Positions 60,869 through 64,000 of a stretch of DNA of 64,000 nt are shown here, in pieces. This stretch comes from Vitrella brassicaformis CCMP3155 (taxonomy: Eukaryota; Protista; Chromerida), in contig CDMY01000376.1 in NCBI GenBank assembly GCA_001179505.1, positions 186,001 through 250,000 of the forward strand, given 5' to 3'. The position numbers and the translations under genes are program-made. Numbering within the stretch: the first letter of the stretch is position 1; each line of letters opens with the position of its first letter. The notes beneath the pieces are model-generated. The model was given only the letters and a program-made list of their open reading frames with translations. It was not told the origin of the DNA and searched no databases.

Positions 60869-61368
60869 GGGAGGTGGGAGGGGCGGGTGGGCGGCAATAT
60901 ATGGCTTTTTGCGATGGCCGCCAGTGGGCGATGCGTCGTGGGGCGAGGGCGGGATGGACTTCAAATTAATGACCTACGTAAGGTCCTGTCTGTCTGTCTC
61001 TCTGTCTGTCTCGTGCGAGCATGATGAGTGAATTAGACGGCCTGCCTGGTGCGTGTGTGTCCTGTCTGATAGATGTGTCATGTGCATCCCCCGTCCACTG
61101 ACTGTGGTATTTGTGACGCAGCCCTGCTTGAATGAATGAGGGGCCCATGGATCCGACTTGTCTGGCATGTGAGCTACTGCAACTCATGCTCCGCGTCGCT
61201 GACGGCTTTCGCAGAAGCAACGCTGGCCCTTTCCGATTGCGAGCTCACATCTCCGAGTCGTCGGCAAGCGTAGGAACGTTCCGAAGCAGTAGTCTGTCCT
61301 ATCCTGGGGATCACCAAATTGGTTCCGTCCGTTGCGCATGGTTGGCGGTCCCCACTGCAGCCCTGCGC

Positions 61369-64000
61369 ATGGTTTGCTTAGAAAGCCCTAGGAGTGAGCG
61401 ACAGTCCCACTGCCTCCTCCTCCTCATCGTTGCAGCTGCGGCAGCTGTGCAGAGGTAGCGACATCAGCAACATCACATCAACACACGCATGGCACGGGGG
61501 GAGAGGGGGAGGTGCATTTGCATTCGCTGCCTGCTGGCATCTGCTGTGGTGCGTTTGGTGGCGTGGTGTGTGCGTGTTGTGCAGATCTGTCGCGTTTGTG
61601 CCCTCACCGCTGATTCGAACAGCCCCCCTAAGTGCGCGGTAGGTACATACAGTGCACGACTAGCACCCAGCTCACAGAGAGAGCCCTGCCTGCGTCGCGT
61701 CTACCGCACGAATGCTCATGCAGCGAGCTGTGCTGTGCATACATACTGTGTTGTGTTCAGGCCATCCCGTTCTTCTGTGTCTTTATCATCAATGGAGCCC
61801 CGTTTGCGGCACCGCAGCCAGATCGCGCAGCAGGCGCATCGCGACCACCGCACTGGCGGGCCTGATGGGGGGAATGCGGCGGATGAGGATAAGAAGGGCA
61901 ACAAGGGGGACTTCTTCCCATTCAGAAAGGTATGACCGGTCGTTGAGAGAGAAGGTGTAATAGTGACGGACACACAACACACCCATACATACATCGTGAT
62001 GTCTTGTGTGGGTCATGCGCATGCGATGCGGTGCGTGTGTGTGTAGGATGAGATAGAGAGCGAGAGCCGGAACTTGCAGTTTGTCGAGACCACCACACTC
62101 AGGTATGTAGGTCAAACAATTTGACGACCAGGCAGGGCAAGCAGCAGGGCAGGCGGTCTGGGGGCTGCTTAGTGACGTGACGGACGAACAGACGAGCACG
62201 CTTGGTTTGGTTGCTTCCGTGCGGTTCGTGTGCAGGAAGCAGCTCAAGATCTTCAAAGCCCTCGCGTGGCCATACTTTCAAAAGGTGTGTATGGGTATGG
62301 GCCTTTTGGCTTGGCTGTCTGTTCGTACGCTCTCAGTCAGTGTGTGCAGTGCATGGTGCGTCTTGTGTTCTGTTGTGTGCCGTGTAGGAGTCGCGAGCCC
62401 GCCAGCAGTTTGGGCTGGTGATCCTCCTGACCCTCCTCAACTCTGGTGGGTACACACAACACAGAGAGAGACGACGTACACACACACACACACAGACACA
62501 CACATGGATGGATGGATGGATGACCCGCGTGTGTGGTGCAGGTGTGTCGGTGTTGTTCTCGTACATCGGGCGGGACTTCTGGAACGCACTCAGCGAAAAG
62601 AACGAAGAACTTTTCAACACCGTATGTGTGAAGAGCTCCACACACACAGCCAATCACACACTCCCCATATCTATGTGGGTGTGCGTTTGTCAATTGCGCA
62701 TGGCCTGTGTGTGCAGATGTTGCTTCGGTTCTTCGGAGCGTTGGTTGCGGGCATTCCCATCACCGTATTCTACACATTCGTCAGAAGACGGGTCGGTCGC
62801 TGGGGGTGGATGGACCCACAAGACACACACCCACACCCAGACGCATGTGTGTGTGTGTGTGTGTGCTTGTGCTGTGTGTCTATTGCCTGTGACATGACAG
62901 TTGGGTCTGGAGTGGCGTCAGTGGATGACCACCGAAGTGATGAAGGAATACTACGCACACAGGTCGGTTCGGACCACTCCCACTCCTACACATACAGACA
63001 GGGGGGCTTTTATCCATCCATCCATTTATCCATGGTGCATGTGTGTGTGTGTGCGTGGCTCTGCACTCACTGCCCTCCCTGCAGGTCGTATTACCTCATA
63101 GAGAGCAACAAGGAGATCGACAACCCCGACCAGCGAATCGCAGAAGACATCAAGTACACACCTACACACCACACACCACACCCACCGCACACACACGCCT
63201 GGCATGTCTGTCCGTGTGCTGTGTGTCATTGAATGCAATGCAATCATTGGTTTGATGAATCGAATCTCTCAGCTCCTTCACGAATGTGTCGTTGGATTTC
63301 TTCATCACGTGCATGACGTCCGTCATCGACTTCCTGGCATTCAGCGCCATCCTGTACTCCATCGACCCCAACCTCTTTCTCGCCGCGGTAAGTACGTGGG
63401 CACTTCCCCTGCACACACATCCTTCGTGTGTGTCTGTGTCTGTGTCTGTCTGTCTGAGTCAGTTCCTCTATTCAAGCGTCGGGACCTATTTCACCGTCAC
63501 CATCGGCCGCCAGCTGGTCGGTTTGAACTTCGAGCAGCTCCAGAAGGAGGCCGACCTCCGATACTCGCTCGTCAGGTACACCTGACCCCACCCCCCCGCT
63601 GCCACCCCACCCACACACATCACATCAACCACGCACACCACCATGTACTTGTCCGTGTGTGTGTACTTAGGGTTCGCGAGAACGCCGAGAGTGTGGCCTT
63701 TTACGGCGGCGAGGAGATCGAGGGGATGGAGAACGAGCGGCGGCTCAACCGTGCCGTCAGCAACTACCGCGACATCATCGGCGTGCAGCGGAATCTGGAG
63801 TTCTTCACTGTGGGATACAGATACATCATTCAGGCAACCAACCACAACACAACACAACACAACACACAGTCCATCGCATTGCACCTTCTTAGCGCACATG
63901 CCGTGTGTCTTGATTTGTCCTGTGCTGTGCTGTGTCTGCAGATATTGCCGGCCTTTGTGGTGGCCCCCCGGTACTTCGCGGGCGCGATTGAGCTGGGTGA
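61369..64000 (+). CDS. ABC transporter subfamily D (plastid/bacterial YddA-ABCD4-like clade) with a bipartite leader; truncated by the window end
   Basis: VSVLFSYIGRDFWNALSEK, LGLEWRQWMT, SYYLIE..IDNPDQRIAEDI, FEQLQKEADLRYSLVR|VRENAESVAFYGGE (EAA-like motif), ILPAFVVAPRYFAGAIELG. Leader CLLLLIVAAAAAVQR|SVAF-VPSP. Confidence 0.9.

Noticed and set aside
61021-61069. ATGATGA...CTGA box C/D-like pair
   Set aside because: Only about 49 nt, no terminal stem and no evident rRNA-complementary guide.
45-63899. Numerous long antisense or overlapping ORFs in the track (e.g. 70-744, 949-1572, 21073-21972, 40538-41701, 47093-47794, 49310-50281, 50528-51235)
   Set aside because: They are shadows of GC3-biased real genes on the other strand or frame and have no recognisable motifs.

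Overview
Eukaryotic, GC-rich, intron-dense nuclear DNA with about 20 protein-coding genes and five 300-N assembly gaps. I found no tRNA, rRNA, CRISPR array or transposase. The intron style ((TG)n, (CA)n, (CATC)n and (GACA)n microsatellites), strong GC3 bias and signal+Phe-transit plastid leaders suggest a photosynthetic alveolate with a secondary plastid, most likely a chromerid such as Vitrella (inference, not verified). All gene models were spliced by eye from the six-frame track and splice signals. In order: acidic nuclear-type protein with a duplicated unknown domain (+); MAPR cytochrome-b5 protein (-); MCC beta subunit (+); tri-domain ACAD10-like protein ending in PTS1 (-); ionotropic glutamate receptor-like channel (+); GMC oxidoreductase (-); ARM-repeat protein (-); CMTR2/G-patch/pseudo-CMTR1 fusion (+); GGTase-I beta (-); small abutting ORF (-); transketolase (+); EF-hand membrane protein (-); PUB/C2HC zinc-finger protein (+); large unknown protein (-); BAH/PHD-like/TFIIS-M protein (+); bL36m (-); atypical CMGC kinase (+); plastid D27-like isomerase (-); ER-retained p23/CS protein (+); plastid-targeted ABCD transporter (+, truncated by the window). 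The strongest leads are the cap-methyltransferase fusion, a GCGAGCT motif shared by most short promoters, and complementary CA...TG repeat polarity inside introns.
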